Of a stretch of 64,000 bases of DNA, positions 61,273 through 64,000 are shown piece after piece. The stretch comes from Octopus bimaculoides. Its lineage: Eukaryota. How positions within the stretch are numbered: position 1 is the first letter of the stretch; every line of letters begins with the position of its first letter. The translations under genes and the position numbers were made by a program. The notes under the pieces were generated by a model that was given only the letters and a program-made list of their open reading frames with translations, ran no database searches and was not told where the DNA came from. Where the stretch lies: contig NC_069004.1 of NCBI RefSeq assembly GCF_001194135.2, positions 13,011,166-13,075,165 of the forward strand, in the 5' to 3' direction.

Positions 61273-63710
61273 ANNNNNNNNNNGATTCCCAGACCGGGTG
61301 TTGTGAGTGTTTATTGAGTGAAAACACCTAGAGCTCCACAAGGCTCCCGCTGGGGATGGTGGTGACCCCTGCTGTACTCTTTCACCACAACTTTCTCTCA
61401 CTCTTACTTCCTGTTTCTGTCGTGCCTGTAATTCAAAGGGTCAGCCTTGTCACACTGTGTCACGCTGAATATCCCCGAGAACTACGTTAAGGGTACATGT
61501 GTCTGTGGAGTGCTCAGCCAGTTGAACGTTAATTTCACAAGCAGGCTGTTCCGTTGATCAGATCAACTGGAACCCTCAACGTCGTAAGCGACGGAGTGCC
61601 AACAATATATATACAACCGGCTTCTATTAGTTTCCATTTACTAAATCCACTGACAAGGCTTTGGTTGGCTTGAGATTATAGTTGAAGACACTTGCTCAAG
61701 ATACCACGCAGTGAAACTGAACCTGAAACCATGTGGTTAGGAAGCAAACTTCTTACCACACATATACATTTTTCTAAACTAACATAAGTTGGAAAGGTCT
61801 TATCTTCTTATCCCTTTTTGTCATGGCTCTTTGTCAGTCGGGGACATACAACAAGAAACAAAACCTGCCAATCTTTGTTATTGTATATATCATGTTGTTT
61901 AATAAGACTGGATGCTTTTCCTACAGCCAACCACTTTACAGCATAGACTAGGTGTAGCTTATTGCATTTCCAGCAGAAGGGTTGACTGTGTCGAGAGTAA
62001 AGGGTCCTTCTTTAATCTGTGCCTAGTTGTGTCGTGAGCGAGATAGTGTGTACGTGAGAAAGAGAGAGAAAGACGGCTAAAAGTAGAATGATTATGATGA
62101 TGGTTGTTCAGTCTCATGTTGGCTTTGATCCATCAGAATTATGATCAAAGGCATTTCACCCATGACCATCTTATCTTAATTTCCAAAATCATCATCATCA
62201 TCATCTTCGTCATCATTTAGTGTCTGTTTCCCATGATGGCATGAGTTAGACAGTTTGGCTGGAAATGGTAAGCCAGAGAGCTGCACTAGACTCCAATCTG
62301 TTTTGACTTGGTTTCTACGGCTGGATACCTTTCCTAATGCCAACCATTCCAAAGAGTATACTTAGTGTCTTTTACATCTCACCAGCACAAGTGTCTTGTA
62401 TGTGTCACCGGTACAGGTGCTCTTGATGTGTCACCAGCACAAGTACCTTTAGAGTGTCACCAGCATGTTAAGACTACATAATCCTATTATTCTTCTCTTT
62501 TTGAAGACAACTGATTGTGATTTGGTTGTTACTTTTAGCAGATCGAGCAACCACATAGAAGCTCCTTCATTGGCTTGAGTATGATTAAATTAAGATGATG
62601 GTGGCTATGGTTGTCATTTAGTCCCATAACCCCTCCAATGAAAAAGGCATATGTACAAAGACGTTCCAACCATAACCATCCAATCTTATAAAGGTATATG
62701 TCTGGGACTATTTTGTATCCAAATGTATCTTTCATTTTTTTTCTCTTTTGAAAATAGTAGACTTTGATTTGAGGGAAATTTGGCTGTTATTTCTGACAGA
62801 TCAAGCAACCTTACACATGCTTCCTTACTGGTTCATTATAGACGTCAGTATCTATAATGTAAGACAATCTGGAATAGTTTTTAAAAAAACAAAAAAAAAA
62901 TCCTTCTAGACTTGTCTCCCTTTATAGACCCTTTTTCTGTTTTTCCTTTTATTATCTCCAACTTGAGGAATTCTAATAAGGGATAATGTTACTTAATCCC
63001 CCGTCATGGCATCTGATCTCCCATTCAGTTTACTATTACCAATGCTTTCCTTCCCAACTCTGAGTCTCAGATTGCAATATTAGATTCCTTATTAACAGGG
63101 AAAAGATCAAATAAATCTCATTAATCACACTTTCTGTTTTGTTAACATAAACTAACTCAGGTAGCAGATTTATTTTATTTATAGTTTATGTTCTCATATT
63201 ATTATTATCTTTGTTGTTATTATTATTAACCTATTAATTGCTTCAGTTATGTTTGCTTCATATTTCATTCACACAAACACCTGGCCCCATATACACACAC
63301 ATGCATACACACTCATTCAATTACCTTTGCACTGCCAGGTAACAAACGACCTCTACATTGCCATGTTATGACAGAATGACCCCAAAATGACTCATTAGAT
63401 TGGAAAATAAAATATGAAGAAGCTACAATATCAGATTTGGAGTCAAAAAATACCTCCCTTCACTCCTTCCACCTATTTCAGACAAAATTATTTTGTCTCA
63501 GTAGACAGGAAAAATTAGCTTCTCAAACTATGGAGGTGAAATATGGATTTTGGGTGTTTTCACCAAATTACAAAAGCCACAAAATCTATAGGGAATAGTT
63601 TCGTGTGTGTGTGTGTGTGTGCATAGCCTAATACATAGTTGGTAGGCTTAACTTATCACTCTGGTTTACCACCACCACAACCAAAAATAACATCTGGTGT
63701 TAGGGGGTCT

Positions 63711-63800
63711 TTAACCCTTTAGTGTTTAAATCAGCCATATCTTGCTTTATGTTCAAACCAGCCAGATCTGGCCTCTCACACCTATCTTGCAATGTAATTT
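63711..63800 (+). mobile_element. Possible piggyBac-type MITE terminus
   Basis: TTAA|CCCTTTAG; no partner end found. Confidence 0.3.
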
Positions 63801-64000
63801 GAAAAAGTAACCAGCAGCAGTGTCGCCGCCACTGCTGCCACCACCGTCACCACCATCACCATTTAGTGTCCATTTTCCATGCTGGTGTGAGTTGGGCGGT
63901 TTGACTGCAATTGGTAAGCCAGTGAGCTGCACCAGTCTCCAGTCTGTTTTTTGGCTGAGTTTCTACAGCTGGATGCCTTTCTTAATGCCAACCATTCCAC

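Noticed and set aside
853-61765. tRNA genes
   Set aside because: All A/B-box matches are SINE heads continuing into SINE bodies; none forms a full cloverleaf

Overview
AT-rich, repeat-saturated animal genomic DNA with many N gaps. The SINE/RTE repeat content and microsatellite density point to a coleoid cephalopod, most likely Octopus (inference). Two host genes, both on the minus strand: (1) TDP2 (5'-tyrosyl-DNA phosphodiesterase 2), five coding exons reconstructed with GT-AG sites and consistent phases (20047-19904, 8073-7901, 3441-3325, 1431-1221, 701-531), the last exon lying outside the window; (2) a PRRT3/PRRT4-like orphan 7TM protein encoded by one uninterrupted 3.76-kb ORF (42585-38824). 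The rest is decayed mobile DNA: RTE LINEs, several tRNA-derived SINE families, mariner, maT/DD37D, Tc1, hAT/Buster, piggyBac, Merlin, Penelope fragments, short LTRs and micro/minisatellites. Best lead: a 100%-identical 101-bp inverted copy of the PRRT-like coding sequence about 330 bp upstream of that exon's predicted splice acceptor, a candidate newly born ADAR editing-complementary sequence, sitting in a 5-kb zone with two other large fold-backs. Also notable: a 28S rRNA fragment patched into a mariner start codon, PBS mimics inside two unrelated LTRs (one with a hammerhead-like core), and a clean internal inversion of a Merlin transposon.
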